DNA of 64,000 nucleotides from Nitrospirota bacterium (GCA_963818475.1 CAWFSF010000006.1:1504001-1568000), one strand, 5' to 3'. Positions 42,776-53,694 are shown, numbered from the stretch's first letter. Notes: generated by a model from the letters alone, not told the origin. Translations and numbers: made by a program.

Positions 42776-43399
42776 TTAATGCCGGAACCCGAGGTTGAAT
42801 GTCGCCGTGAACCCGTTCAATTTAACAGGCTGGCCGCCGTAATCCGGTTTGGCGCGCAGATACCTTCCCTCCAGTCCGACAAAAGTCGTATCTGAAACGT
42901 CGATGTTAAAGCCCGCTCCGGCATGTACTCCATAGGTTGTTTTCGACTCGCCGCTGAAACTGCCGAAGTTCCCGTCCACGTCCAATTTCGTGATGTATGC
43001 GCCGAGCCCGAACTCGCCGTAAAGCTCCACCACCCCGATCGGGATGATGCCCTTTGCGGTTACGAGGACCGGAACGGCTTTGAGCTTCGTAGTGCCCGGC
43101 TCCGCAGCGGCATGCCCTTCGCTCTCAAAATATCCGACTCCCAGTTCCAAAGCCAGTACTGGCAGGAGGTAGCCGCCGACTGCGATCTCGCCGTTGAACC
43201 CGGTCTTCGTGTCGATACGGGACGTGTTCCCTGAGTTGAAATTGCTGATGTCGTATTCCTCGCTTGGCGAATAGACCCCTCCCTTTAACACCCAGTAACC
43301 GTCGCGCATTCCTTCCGTTGCATAGGCCGTTGGTGCAATTCCTATTATTGTTAATGAGACTGCAAGCACAAAGAACATTACGATCTTGATCGTTTTCAT
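42776..43399 (-). CDS. 8-stranded outer-membrane beta-barrel protein
   Basis: Signal peptide, alternating strands (YGEFGLGAY, GVHAGAGFN, GLEGRYL) and C-terminal NLGFRH. Confidence 0.85.
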   Translation of the reverse strand: MKTIKIVMFFVLAVSLTIIGIAPTAYATEGMRDGYWVLKGGVYSPSEEYDISNFNSGNTSRIDTKTGFNGEIAVGGYLLPVLALELGVGYFESEGHAAAEPGTTKLKAVPVLVTAKGIIPIGVVELYGEFGLGAYITKLDVDGNFGSFSGESKTTYGVHAGAGFNIDVSDTTFVGLEGRYLRAKPDYGGQPVKLNGFTATFNLGFRH

Positions 43400-43710
43400 G
43401 TTTCCTCCCATCGGGCGTGCGCGCCTATCCTTCACATGATAGATACTCCAGAGTTTTAAGCATAGCGTAACAAACGTCTGGCGTCAATTGAGGGGGCTCT
43501 TGATACTATTGGCATATAAATGGGAACGGAAGGAGGACCGAATTGCGGACCGTTCTGATAAAAAAGCAAAACAAAGATAATTCCAGAGTTAACCAACCGG
43601 CTATGCACAAGCATTGCGTGCAATAACCTGTGCATTAATTGAATTTAAGTAACATATTGGATAAGATTGAAACAGAGAAATCCCACTCGCATGATTGCCC
43701 CGGAGACAAT

Positions 43711-46245
43711 ATGACGATCGCAACCGCATCATATGCGCAAGAGCAGAGAAGAGAAGAAAGACGCAAATATGTAAGGGCGCGTGACAATGTATCCACTCAA
43801 ATTATTACGAGGGCAAATTCAAGCGGTCCGGCAGATGAGCTCATGAATGAGTTTCTGGTTGGGTCCGCCAAAGCCATAGAATGCAGTTCCGCTCTCATCG
43901 TATTCCGCGAGGACGCTTTTCTGAGATCAAAGTACCAGTACGGGATGCCGGAGACCTCTGGTAAATCCTGGACGAACGAGGACCTCCCCCATGCGGTGCT
44001 TGCTGAAATTACCGGAAGGCGGGTGCTGATCGATGATACGCACGGGGACGAACGGGTCAACCGGGATGTCATGGCTGCCTATGGGATCCGCTCCGTCCTC
44101 GCCATTCCGCTTCTGGCAAGCGGCAGGGTGATTGGAATCACGCTCTATCACAACTCTGCACCGGCCTCTTTTACGCATGAGCAGGTGGAGTTTGCAACGC
44201 GTGCAGGAGATGTCGCTGCACTGGCTTTTGCTGACCGGCAGATGCGGGACAAATTCGACCGGCAGGAAAAGCGCCTGGCGACGCTTACCAGGCTGAGCGA
44301 AAGCCTGAACCGCACCAATGTGACCATTCATTCCCTCCGTCAGCCGCAGGAGATCATCCAGAGAGCGATCGTGGAAGGCACACAAGCCATCGAGGCCGAA
44401 AGCGCAATGATCTTTATTGAGGAAGACGGCCTTTGGCGCGTGGACAACGTGCACAACCTGCCGCAGGAGCTTGTAGGCAGGAAGTACACGAGGGAGGAGG
44501 TCCTTCACACGGTCATCGCAGCGGAAACCCGGCAACCGGTGCTCATTACCGATGTGGACCATGACCCGCGCATTAACAAGCAGTTTGCAAAGGACCTGAA
44601 GATCAGGTCGCTCATCGATTTTCCCCTGCTCATAAGCGAGAAGGCGGTCGGGGACATCGTTTTTCACTATCATACGACCACGGTCGGCTTTTCCGACCTC
44701 TATCTCGATTACGTCAGCAAGCTGGCGCCCGCGGTCTCCCTGGCCATCAACAACGCCTATCTTTTTAATGAGCTTGCCAGGTCCCGGGACCGGGCATCCT
44801 TCTTCGAAAAGGCTGTTCAGGCCTCTTCCCAGCCCTTTGCCTCGGCGCATCCCGAAGGCCTCATCATGAACTTTAACCAGGCTTTTGCCGAACTTACCGG
44901 GTACAGCGCGGACGAACTCCAAAAAAAGAACTGGATAGCAGACATCACGCCTCCGGAGTGGCGCGAGCTTACGGAAAAAATGCTGGCACGGGTGCGCGAA
45001 ACCGGAAAACCGCAGACCTATGAGAAGGAATATCTGCGGAAAGACGGAACGCGGGTGCCGGTGGAAACAACGGTAAATCAGGTTCTGGATGAAAAAGAAA
45101 ATATCGAGTACTACTATGTGTTTGTAAAAGACCTCACCGCGAGCAAGATATCTGAAAAGGAGCTTCTGCGGGCCAAGACCAGCCTCGAAGCCAACGTGAG
45201 CGAGCTGGAGCAGCGCAACAATGATATAAGAATGCTGAGCGCCATGGATTCGCTGCTTCAGGCAAGCACCACGCGCGATGAAGCAAAAGCTGTTGCGGTA
45301 AAAGCCCTGACACAGCTTTTCACTCTCGCACCCGGAGCACTATACCTGGTCCAGGCCCAGGGTGATGTCCTGGAATTAGGAGCGGCCTGGGGCGATGGTC
45401 AGATCGAAGAAAAGACGATCACCCAGAAAGACTGCTGGGCCTTGAGACTGGGACGCCTGTACTCCATTGAAGATCCGGTTTCCCAGAGCTTCTGCCCCCA
45501 TGTGAGCAAGGAACTTACAACGGGCTATATGTGCATCCCGATCACGGCGCAGAATGAGATGTTCGGCCTGCTGCACCTGCAGTTTCCGGCTGACTGGCTC
45601 AGTACGGAGAAGGAAAAAAAGTACATTCTGGAATACCGGAAACAGCTGGCGACAACAGCGGCGGAAAGTATGGCACTGTCATTCGCGAATTTTCATTTGC
45701 GCGAGATCCTTTACAGCCAATCGATCAAGGACCCGCTGACCGAACTCTTCAACAGGCGCTACATGCGCGAGATCCTGGAAAAGGAGGTGCACAGGATGAC
45801 GCGCAGGAAGCGTTCCCTCGCGATCATCATGTTCGATCTGGACCATTTCAAGGAGTTCAACGACCAATACGGCCATGAGGCGGGCGACATTCTGCTTCGG
45901 GAGCTCGCGGAGAACGTGAGAGGCCAGATCAGGGAAGAGGATTTCGCCTGCCGGTATGGGGGCGAGGAATTCGTGATCGGGATGCCCGAAACTTCGCTCG
46001 AGGACGCCCGGGAGCGCGCGGAACGTTTGCGCGAAAAGATCTCGCAGATCACGATCCAGTACCTGGGGAAAAGCCTCGGCCCGGTCACGATATCCGCCGG
46101 GGTGGCCGTGCTGCCCGAGCATGGCACGTCGCAAAGCGAGCTGCTGCGGTCGGCGGACGCGGCTCTCTACGCGGCCAAGGAGCAAGGGAGGAACCGGGTG
46201 GTAACGGCCGACCAAAAACAGGAAGTTAATGATAAGCAGGAATAA
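43711..46245 (+). CDS. GAF-GAF-PAS-GAF diguanylate cyclase
   Basis: GIRSVLAIPL and IRSLIDFPL GAF motifs, a PAS domain (NQAFAELTGYS..RKDG), and REED plus GGEEF. Confidence 0.92.
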   Translation: MTIATASYAQEQRREERRKYVRARDNVSTQIITRANSSGPADELMNEFLVGSAKAIECSSALIVFREDAFLRSKYQYGMPETSGKSWTNEDLPHAVLAEITGRRVLIDDTHGDERVNRDVMAAYGIRSVLAIPLLASGRVIGITLYHNSAPASFTHEQVEFATRAGDVAALAFADRQMRDKFDRQEKRLATLTRLSESLNRTNVTIHSLRQPQEIIQRAIVEGTQAIEAESAMIFIEEDGLWRVDNVHNLPQELVGRKYTREEVLHTVIAAETRQPVLITDVDHDPRINKQFAKDLKIRSLIDFPLLISEKAVGDIVFHYHTTTVGFSDLYLDYVSKLAPAVSLAINNAYLFNELARSRDRASFFEKAVQASSQPFASAHPEGLIMNFNQAFAELTGYSADELQKKNWIADITPPEWRELTEKMLARVRETGKPQTYEKEYLRKDGTRVPVETTVNQVLDEKENIEYYYVFVKDLTASKISEKELLRAKTSLEANVSELEQRNNDIRMLSAMDSLLQASTTRDEAKAVAVKALTQLFTLAPGALYLVQAQGDVLELGAAWGDGQIEEKTITQKDCWALRLGRLYSIEDPVSQSFCPHVSKELTTGYMCIPITAQNEMFGLLHLQFPADWLSTEKEKKYILEYRKQLATTAAESMALSFANFHLREILYSQSIKDPLTELFNRRYMREILEKEVHRMTRRKRSLAIIMFDLDHFKEFNDQYGHEAGDILLRELAENVRGQIREEDFACRYGGEEFVIGMPETSLEDARERAERLREKISQITIQYLGKSLGPVTISAGVAVLPEHGTSQSELLRSADAALYAAKEQGRNRVVTADQKQEVNDKQE

Positions 46246-46292
46246 AGGATCAGACTGCAGCAAGGGAGAAGTATATCAGAACTGAGGATCGC

Positions 46293-47478
46293 ATGATTAT
46301 TGCCGGCAGGCATCTCCGCTCTTGCAGGGTCTCCTTGTTTTTCAGCCTCGTTCTTCTTCTCGCCGGTTTTCATAACGTGAGCGCCGAAACCACTGGACAG
46401 CCTGCAATAAATTCCATTACGACGGATACGACGGATAGCCCGGTGAGCACGGAAACGAATACCCGGCAGGCCCCATCTTCACCTGCTGCACAGCAGGAGA
46501 CTAAGCCCGTCCAGGCCCCTCTACCGCTGACGCCAACCGAAGCTGCGAAGCGATTGGGGCCGCAAGTAGACCCCTGTTATACCGTCAAGGTGGCCGGAGA
46601 TAACTGGATGGACCAGGTGCATGGCTTTGTGCAGGATAACACCTGTGAACCAGCGGTATGGTTTGATACCTTCTTTGTGAAGGACCATGTTTTGCTGGAT
46701 CTCCGGCCCGGCCTGTTCATCAGATTAAGAAATTCAGCCCGGTGGACCGAATCGCAGACGGTCGCTTATATCCGCGATCTCCATCTCGAGTGGGAGCTGC
46801 CCCAATGGAAAAAATTCCTGAAAAAATCAAAGTTATATTTCGAGTCGAGATCTGCTGCCGACAAATACACTACCCAGCCCGGCCAGCCCATCGAACCGGC
46901 AATCGACCGGAAAACGGGAACCAGAAAACCCATCATCGGGCTGCGGGCGGATCCCTATACCAGGCTCCGTGCACTGGTCAGTATTGACAGCGGTGTCAAG
47001 ATCGGCATACATTCCGATGCCCATATCAGGATGCGCTATCAGTACGTGAACCCCTTTGGCGAGGTTTACCTCCTCCGATTTTCCGAGATCGCCATGTGGC
47101 AAGCCATTGAACATTTCTCGAACACCGTGCAGTTCGATCTTGAACGAAAGTTCACCCCGTTTACGTTCGTCCGGTGGGGCAATAACGTGACCTACACTCG
47201 AGGACACGCCCGGCGTAACCTGGAATACCGGGATCAGTCTTTTCACTCAATTGACGCCCAAGAGCGCAATTTCCTATGATACCAGTATATGGGGAGTGAA
47301 TCATCCTCATTGGGCCATTCAGAATTACCGGGTCGGATTACTCTATCGACGGAATTTTTACCGGCCCTGGCTCTTTTTCGAGCTTGCGCCTGAAGTCACC
47401 TGGCCGAAAGATGCGAGCGGCCACAGGAATTCCGTTTACGCTTTCATGGCTACCCTTGAGATTCAATTCGGCAAGTAA
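46293..47478 (+). CDS. Hypothetical exported, probable outer-membrane protein (frameshift near 47210)
   Basis: Signal peptide, a Thr/Pro-rich linker, and an aromatic beta-strand-rich C-half ending YRPWLFFELAPEVTWP...LEIQFGK. Confidence 0.65.
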
Positions 47479-47658
47479 TTCAGGTGAGACCGGAGCTATA
47501 ATAAAATCAGAGCGCAAGAGAAAGTTACGGAATGCAGTTCCGCTCTGACTGTATTCCATGAGAACGCCTTTACCAGGACTCCGGGTATTAGTTTGCCGTG
47601 GCTACATTGATTAACATTGCAATCGTATGATTGCACATCTGAAGACAGGAGGAGTGAA

Positions 47659-48222
47659 ATGAAGAAGAATGTTTTCATGACAGTATTAGTTGTTTTTGGA
47701 TTAGCCTTGTTTCCGGGTTGCGTCACGATACAAACATGGCCAGATGAGGAAAGGAGTGCAGAGAACAAGATGGTAGTGCTCCAGGAGAAGATTGGGGAAG
47801 GGCTGAAAACCGGTGCGCTTACACCCGACCAATCACAGATGTTTCTGACGAAGCTAAAAGATATTCGAACAGACTATACTGCGCTGAAAGACAGAAGGGT
47901 TTACCGGAGCGAGTGGCAAAGCCTCCATGGAAGACTTGATGCACTGGGAGAGGAGATCAACAGGGCGCTGAGCCGAACAACAAGAGTTGAAGAACCAAGG
48001 AGTGGTGACAGAATTGCCGCACTCCAAAGGAGAATTGATGATGGGAGAAGCAGCGGACGTTTGCCTCAGACAGAAGGGCGGGAATTTCAATCCAGGCTGG
48101 ACTCCATTCGGCATGATTATTTGCGGATGACGGAAGGAGGCAGATACGGCACGACCGAAGAGAGTGCGGACATTTCCCGCAGGCTCGATTACCTGGAAGC
48201 GGATCTAAACAGGTTCCGATAG
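47659..48222 (+). CDS. Hypothetical lipoprotein with internal helical repeats
   Basis: AGGAGG RBS, lipobox FPGC, and duplicated I..G..(T/S)G.L.....F...L..IR.DY motifs. Confidence 0.75.
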   Translation: MKKNVFMTVLVVFGLALFPGCVTIQTWPDEERSAENKMVVLQEKIGEGLKTGALTPDQSQMFLTKLKDIRTDYTALKDRRVYRSEWQSLHGRLDALGEEINRALSRTTRVEEPRSGDRIAALQRRIDDGRSSGRLPQTEGREFQSRLDSIRHDYLRMTEGGRYGTTEESADISRRLDYLEADLNRFR

Positions 48223-48384
48223 AACTTTCCAGAAAAATCGGCATCCGGACATTCCGCGAATGCACTCTTTATCTATTCTGAGTGATCGGGTTGCCCTGTC
48301 AAGTGCGAGTTTCACGCCCTCACACTGCTGTATGGAGATGGGGAAATATCCCTTCTCCTTACAATGCATGAAAGGAGAAATACC

Positions 48385-48576
48385 ATGCCATTAATTCAAT
48401 TGGTGATTGTCCTGGTTGTCGTTGGGGTGATTCTCTGGGTGATTAACAGCTACATACCGATGCAGCACACCATAAAGAAAATTTTAAATGTGGTAGTGGT
48501 TATTGCGGTGATTCTCTGGCTATTGAGTGTCTTCGGGCTCATCGGAAACCTCTCAACGATTCGTATTGGGAAGTGA
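48385..48576 (+). CDS. Thivi_2564-family small membrane protein
   Basis: MPLIQLVIVLVVVGVILWVINSYIPM..TIKKILNVVVVIAVILWLL. Confidence 0.88.
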   Translation: MPLIQLVIVLVVVGVILWVINSYIPMQHTIKKILNVVVVIAVILWLLSVFGLIGNLSTIRIGK

Positions 48577-48760
48577 ATGGTTTAAAGATGCTCTCCATTC
48601 ACGGTCCACTGGCGTTCTGTGATCGCAACAAGCTTGCAGGGCGGGTAGAACTTTATGGTGTATGCGAGGTGCATTCCTGTCCGAAACCGTATAGGACCGT
48701 AGAGGGTTAGGTTTGACCGTTTTGGGCACGGGACATGGAGTACTGACATCACGTACATGA

Positions 48761-48792
48761 GAAGGCGGGCCAAGTGGCCCGCCTTCGTTTTT
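48761..48792 (+). terminator. Intrinsic terminator
   Basis: GAAGGCGGGCCA-AG-TGGCCCGCCTTC followed by GTTTTT. Confidence 0.8.
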
Positions 48793-48835
48793 AGAACGAT
48801 GTCATAACAGGTTGCCGTACCAGCCAATCCTTAGG

Positions 48836-50232
48836 TGTCAAATGTCAGGACATCGGTTACCCGATTCTAATGGTCCCATATATCAAGACATCGGTTACCC
48901 GAGTCTGATAGTTTGCTCAACTGGTAGTAAATCGTCCGGCATTAGGTACTCAAAAGTATCGACGATGTCATTTCCTAGATAGAGCTGCACAGCATGTAGA
49001 TTCGTTACAATCTGTGCCCTGACATAAGAGTATATGAGGTCTCTTGATACCTCGAAACGTTCTCCAAAGATATCAAGCTGCCGATTGCTCCGGATGAACC
49101 GTACGAGAGATACATTTCCATCCGGGATGAAGCTAAGATCCGGCATCTTGCTATTCGACCTCACGGTTATTGGCGCAAAGCCGTGGGCCAGTTTCATTTC
49201 ATGAGCCGTTTTCCCTTTGAGGCAGCTGTATCGGTGATGCTTGTTGTGAAACCGTTGAAAATTCTTGTTCTGCTGTTTCAGCACAGCATAGCTTGAGAAC
49301 CATTGCCGACGAAAGAACCGTTTGTCGTAGGTGTCATTGAAACGTTCCACAACGCCGTTACGCCATGGTTCTCCGATCGGGATGAATACCGGATGGACAC
49401 CGTAACTCAGACAAAGCCGTATGACCATCCCCATGGACCTGGGATGCCGGTTGCTGCCCCGGAAGTTCAGCGCGTTGTCCATCTGCAGGTAATCAGGGAT
49501 GCCCATGGTCTTCCAACAGCGCAAAAGGCCTTGGCAGACGTGGGAATCCTGTTTCGTTCTTTGAGCCTCGGTGTAGACTTCATGGCTGAACAGATCAATG
49601 ACATTCAGCGCATAGAATCTGCCGTCATCTTTAATGTAGCGCGGCCCCACCAGGTCCATCTGGTGGATGTTGTTGCATCCCAAGGCTTCGGTGAAGTACG
49701 GGTATTCGACCCCTTTGGGCGCATAAGCTGTTTTTTTTAACGAGCCCTTCGCGTTTCAACACCCGGTTTATCGTGCTGTCCGAGGGAAACGGCAACCCTT
49801 GCTTCTTAAGCTCCCATTTTATGGAGGAAACTCCAATTTGGGCATAAGGGGCATCCACCAAGTTTTGTCTGGTCGAAAGAATACGCTCTTTCGACTTCTC
49901 GTCGATTTCTGAGGGCTTTGTTTTGGGAGCGCGAGATTGCTCTTTGTACCAGTCGGGTCCGCCGGTTCGATATCGTATCAGCCATTTGAAGAACCACTTT
50001 TTGGATCGGTTCAGGCTGGTATAAACATCCTTTGGCGATTCGCCTCCCTGGATGTGTCGGCTAATAGCTGCCTGTCTGAGTTCTTCTTCCATAGAGGCTC
50101 TCCTTCTTGATTCAGATTAGGAGAGCATGATAGCATCAAACAGCATTAAGGAAACTGACATCCTAATTTAAATGGATTTCGGGTAACCGATGTCTTGACA
50201 TATCCGGGTAACCGATGTCCTGAAACTTGTCA
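48836..50232 (-). mobile_element. Complete insertion sequence, IS481-like (1397 bp)
   Basis: 28-bp terminal IRs TGTCAAATGTCAGGACATCGGTTACCCG / TGACAAGTTTCAGGACATCGGTTACCCG (3 mismatches). Each end has a second internal GACATCGGTTACCCG. CTTAGG is duplicated at 48830-48835 and 50233-50238. Confidence 0.92.
48895..50092 (-). CDS. DDE transposase (HTH + rve integrase core), split at an A8 run
   Basis: HTH part ending EGLVKK joins TAYAPKGVEYP...HQMDLVG..MDN..NGVVERFN across AAAAAAAAC (49731-49738). Confidence 0.9.
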
Positions 50233-50240
50233 CTTAGGCA

Positions 50241-51623
50241 CTAGCCTCCGGGCAGGAAATCAATCGGATACAGAATGGTGGTCTTGGAAACCTTCTCCTT
50301 CGGTCCGAAGTTGAACTTCTTGACACGCTCCACGATCTGGGCCACCAGCTCCGGCGAGGCCAGATCGTTCGACTGCACCGTACATGCGGAGACCTCGCCA
50401 CCCGGCTCGATGGTGATGCGCAGTATGATCTTGCCGCGCAGGGTCGGGTTCTTGCGTAATTCGGCATTGTACATCCGATAGAGCGTCGCCTTGTATTTAT
50501 CGAAGACGATCTGGATCTCTTCGTCGGTTCGTGCCGGTCCGGGTCCGGAACTGAGCGGCCTCGCCTCTTCCGTCAGCCCCGCAACCGTACTTTCTACCCT
50601 TGTAAAACCCACACCGCCGATACGATTGCCATTGCCGCTGCCGATATTGCGGCTGACTCCGGCATTGCTGATGCCACCACTGCCGCCGGAGCCGCCCGTT
50701 GACGGCATAGCGACTATTGATCGGCTGGCCCGGGCCTGACCTGCCGCCACGGGCGACTGGTTGCTCAGACGCGCCTCAGCGCCGAGCCGCGCAACGGGAG
50801 TTTCATCCATTAGATCTTTAAAGCTCTCCTTGAAAGCCAGAACCCCCGTGCTCTCTGCTTTTTTACGCGCGGCCTGTGTTTCTTCGGTGGTTGGTTTGGG
50901 TTGGTCTTCCTGCTGTTTCTCCGGCGCCTTTTCCTGATCGGGCTTCTTTTCTTCCTTGGGGCGTGGCGGCTCAGGCTTGGGCGGCTCCTTTCTCAGCAGA
51001 GAGACCAGACGTTGCGGAACCACAGCCACGACCGGGCGGACCGGCGGCGGCAGTTTCCACAGGCGCATCAGAGTGCTGAAAAAGAAAAAGAATAACAAAG
51101 CGACAAGCAAGGCCCGGCGGAAGCGTCTTTCGCTCTCGGCGTCTTTGGTCCAGGGCATGATCATCGCGCGATAAGGAACGGACGAAATCTCCCGCTCTAT
51201 GACGTACTCTTCCTGGCGCCGTTCTTCACGGGCGTACGCATCACGTACTTCTTCGTCGAGGATGTCCAGCTCATCCAGGCATCGGTTGATCTGCCCCTGG
51301 AGAGATGCCTGTTTTTCCAGAATCCCGCTGATCTCCCCCTCAAAGCGGGCAACCCGGCTCCTCGCCCGTTCCAGGTGTCCGGCGACATTTTGGGCCTCCG
51401 CGACTCCTTCCCAAAAGAGTTCATCCGCTTTCAGTTCCCCCAGCTTGTCGAGCGCATTGCAGACGTCCCGCAAGGCATCGAACCGCTGTCTGTCGGCGGA
51501 AAACGTTTCCAGCTCTGCCTCTACAGCGCGCAACTCGCCTTCCAGCACCTCGTGTTTTTGCCGGGTTTGCTCGATCTGTGCGTTCAGCTGCGCCAATTCC
51601 TCTGCTAACATGGATGTATTCAC
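50241..51623 (-). CDS. TonB-like protein with AgmX/PglI C-terminal domain (GltG-like)
   Basis: N-terminal coiled coil, one TM, a Pro/Lys-rich linker, AESTGVLAF, and YNAELRKNPTLRGKIILRITIEPGG...YPIDFLP. Confidence 0.88.
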   Translation of the reverse strand: MNTSMLAEELAQLNAQIEQTRQKHEVLEGELRAVEAELETFSADRQRFDALRDVCNALDKLGELKADELFWEGVAEAQNVAGHLERARSRVARFEGEISGILEKQASLQGQINRCLDELDILDEEVRDAYAREERRQEEYVIEREISSVPYRAMIMPWTKDAESERRFRRALLVALLFFFFFSTLMRLWKLPPPVRPVVAVVPQRLVSLLRKEPPKPEPPRPKEEKKPDQEKAPEKQQEDQPKPTTEETQAARKKAESTGVLAFKESFKDLMDETPVARLGAEARLSNQSPVAAGQARASRSIVAMPSTGGSGGSGGISNAGVSRNIGSGNGNRIGGVGFTRVESTVAGLTEEARPLSSGPGPARTDEEIQIVFDKYKATLYRMYNAELRKNPTLRGKIILRITIEPGGEVSACTVQSNDLASPELVAQIVERVKKFNFGPKEKVSKTTILYPIDFLPGG

Positions 51624-51633
51624 GGCAGCCCCA

Positions 51634-52132
51634 CTATCTTTTTGCTTCCTTCTGGACGACGGCGAGGGAAATCTTTCCGTATCCAGAAGCCGTGCAGGTC
51701 GACATTATTTTTTTAAGCACTTTGAACGGAATCGTTTTATCGGCAAGGAGAGTGATTTCCTTGCTTTCGGCAGCCGTCTTGGTGCTTGTCTCGATAACAT
51801 TGCGAAGCTGTTCCAGTCGCTCTCTTAGTTCATAAACTATCCCGATTGCTGTCATCGAGAAGTTTGGGGGTGCTGATCACGGCTTCGCCCTGAACCATTA
51901 CTACTTCGGGGGTGACCACGATCGTCACTGTTTCCCTTGGCTTGGTCTCGACAACGGAAGCGGGCAGCGTGATCTGCGCTTCCGGCATAGTACTGTTGAA
52001 TGAGTGAAAAAGCAGAAAGAACACCAGAACGCAAAGAACATCCATCATCGGTATCAGGTTTATGCCGAGACCTGCAATATGGCCTTTTCTGTTGTTACGC
52101 TCCATCCGTTTCATACGTCTGCTTTCTTTCAT
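51634..52132 (-). CDS. ExbD/TolR family protein (frameshifted)
   Basis: INLIPMMDVLCVLVFFLL and ADKTIPFKVLKKIMSTC..SGYGKISLAV. Confidence 0.9.
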
Positions 52133-52631
52133 GGTGCGTCTCCTAGGGATATCTTCGGAAAGAGAACTATTTTGTTGATCTCTTTGCTCCCTTCCGCCCG
52201 CACTTCGGCGCCACGAACCGCATCCATGACCTGGATCAGATAGTCGTATTCGATCTTCGGCTCCATCAGAATCGTCGCGTCTTCCTTCTCCGGATATTGG
52301 GCCTTCAGGCGAAGGAGCATTTTGGACAGCAGCTCAAGATCGTATTTATCGTCTTTTTTCGGAATCGCGGCCTCCACGGACGACCCGTTGGCAATTTCCA
52401 GTCCTGCCTTGCGGACAATCACCTCGATGGCGAAATTCGGCTTGCCGGCCGCTCCGCCGGCGTCGGTCGGGACACTCAATTCCTGGATCGTAATGCTCAT
52501 AAAGACGGCAGAGATGAGCAGAAAGACCACCAGAACGGTAAGAATATCCATCATGGGTGTCAGGTTCAAGACTTCCATGATATCCGTAGCGACCTCATTC
52601 TTTTCTTTCTGTTACGATATCGTCTCGCCAT
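52129..52631 (-). CDS. ExbD/TolR family protein (frameshift near 5' end)
   Basis: LNLTPMMDILTVLVVFLL, YDYLIQVMDAVR and LFPKISLG motifs. Confidence 0.9.
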
Positions 52632-52659
52632 GATCAGCTCCTGTCAAATTGGCGCTTGG

Positions 52660-53321
52660 TCAAACTGGAGGACTGTCAAATTGGCGCTTGGTAAAATTGG
52701 ACATGGTATTGAGCGCCTTTACCGATGCCATCTCCAGGCTGTTCACGATCTGACCCGTGGCTGTTGTCAGGCGGGCATGGAGCAGCAGAAGCGGGATCGC
52801 GGCCATCAGACCAAAGGCGGTGCAGTTCATGGCCTCCGAAATGCTGGCCGCGAGCAGGGCGGCCTTCTCGGCGGGGCTCGCACGTGGCAACCGCGCCGAA
52901 GGCCGTGATAAGACCCATGATGGTGCCGAGCAGTCCGAACAGGGTGGCGATATTCGAGAGCAGCGCCAGGTACGGTGTGCGCTTTTCCAATTGAGGAACG
53001 ATCTCCATCATGCTCTCTTCCATGGCGATTTCTATGTCTTCCCGTCGCCTGACCGCCCCCTGGCGCGCCAATCCCATCCCCAGCATTTGCGCCATACTGG
53101 ATTTGTCCTCGTTGACCATTTCCCGGGCCTTATCGAACTCTCCCTTTTCCATCACCGGATACAGCGAGTCCCATATTCTTCTGGTTTGCGTCCTGGATGC
53201 GTTTCAATTGAACCCAGCGTTCAAACGCGATGGCCAGACCGACCGCAAGCACGAGTAGAATAGGGAACATGAAGAACCCACCCGTCTGAAAAAACCTTAC
53301 TATTGCATATACGAATCCCAT
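52660..53321 (-). CDS. MotA/TolQ/ExbB proton channel protein (AglR-like; two frameshifts)
   Basis: GGFFMFPIL..AFERW, NIATLFGLLGTIMGLITAF and ISEAMNCTAFGLMAAIP motifs. Confidence 0.92.
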
Positions 53322-53358
53322 CTTTTTTTCCTCCTTTTTCACTAACGAGACAACGAAG

Positions 53359-53673
53359 TTATTTTTTGGTACTGACCTCGAAAAAATCCAATTGCCGCAT
53401 AAACACATCTCGATCCACGGGCATATCACTTTCGGTTAACATCATGTTCAAACTTGTCTCCACACCGATTTCAGAGCTTTTCCAGGGTACGATATACAGG
53501 GCTTTCGGGGCTTCATCGTTGCCGACGATGGACATGCCCGAAAGTTCTTTGGCCGCCGGTTCCTTGTCCTTGGCCGCCGTCCATGGCCTTGGCCGCCGAG
53601 CCATGTCCTCGGCCATGGCCGTGCCGAGCAGCGCCAGAAGCAGACACAGCCAAAGCAATAGATTTCGATACAT
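53359..53673 (-). CDS. Small exported protein, GltF-like
   Basis: Signal peptide and the ELSGMSIVGNDEAPKALYIVPWK motif, located between the TPR lipoprotein and exbB. Confidence 0.7.
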   Translation of the reverse strand: MYRNLLLWLCLLLALLGTAMAEDMARRPRPWTAAKDKEPAAKELSGMSIVGNDEAPKALYIVPWKSSEIGVETSLNMMLTESDMPVDRDVFMRQLDFFEVSTKK

Positions 53674-53694
53674 ATTCCCTCCTTCCTTTTTTGC

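Noticed and set aside
47560-47610. GGCAAAC motif suggesting a c-di-GMP-I riboswitch
   Set aside because: The GAAA tetraloop stem and the downstream GCAAA(G/A)C element are absent, and the orientation is opposite to the nearest gene.
48846-48902. Repeated GACATCGGTTACCCG as a mini CRISPR array
   Set aside because: The copies are inverted at the other end of the transposase gene, so they are IS terminal repeats.
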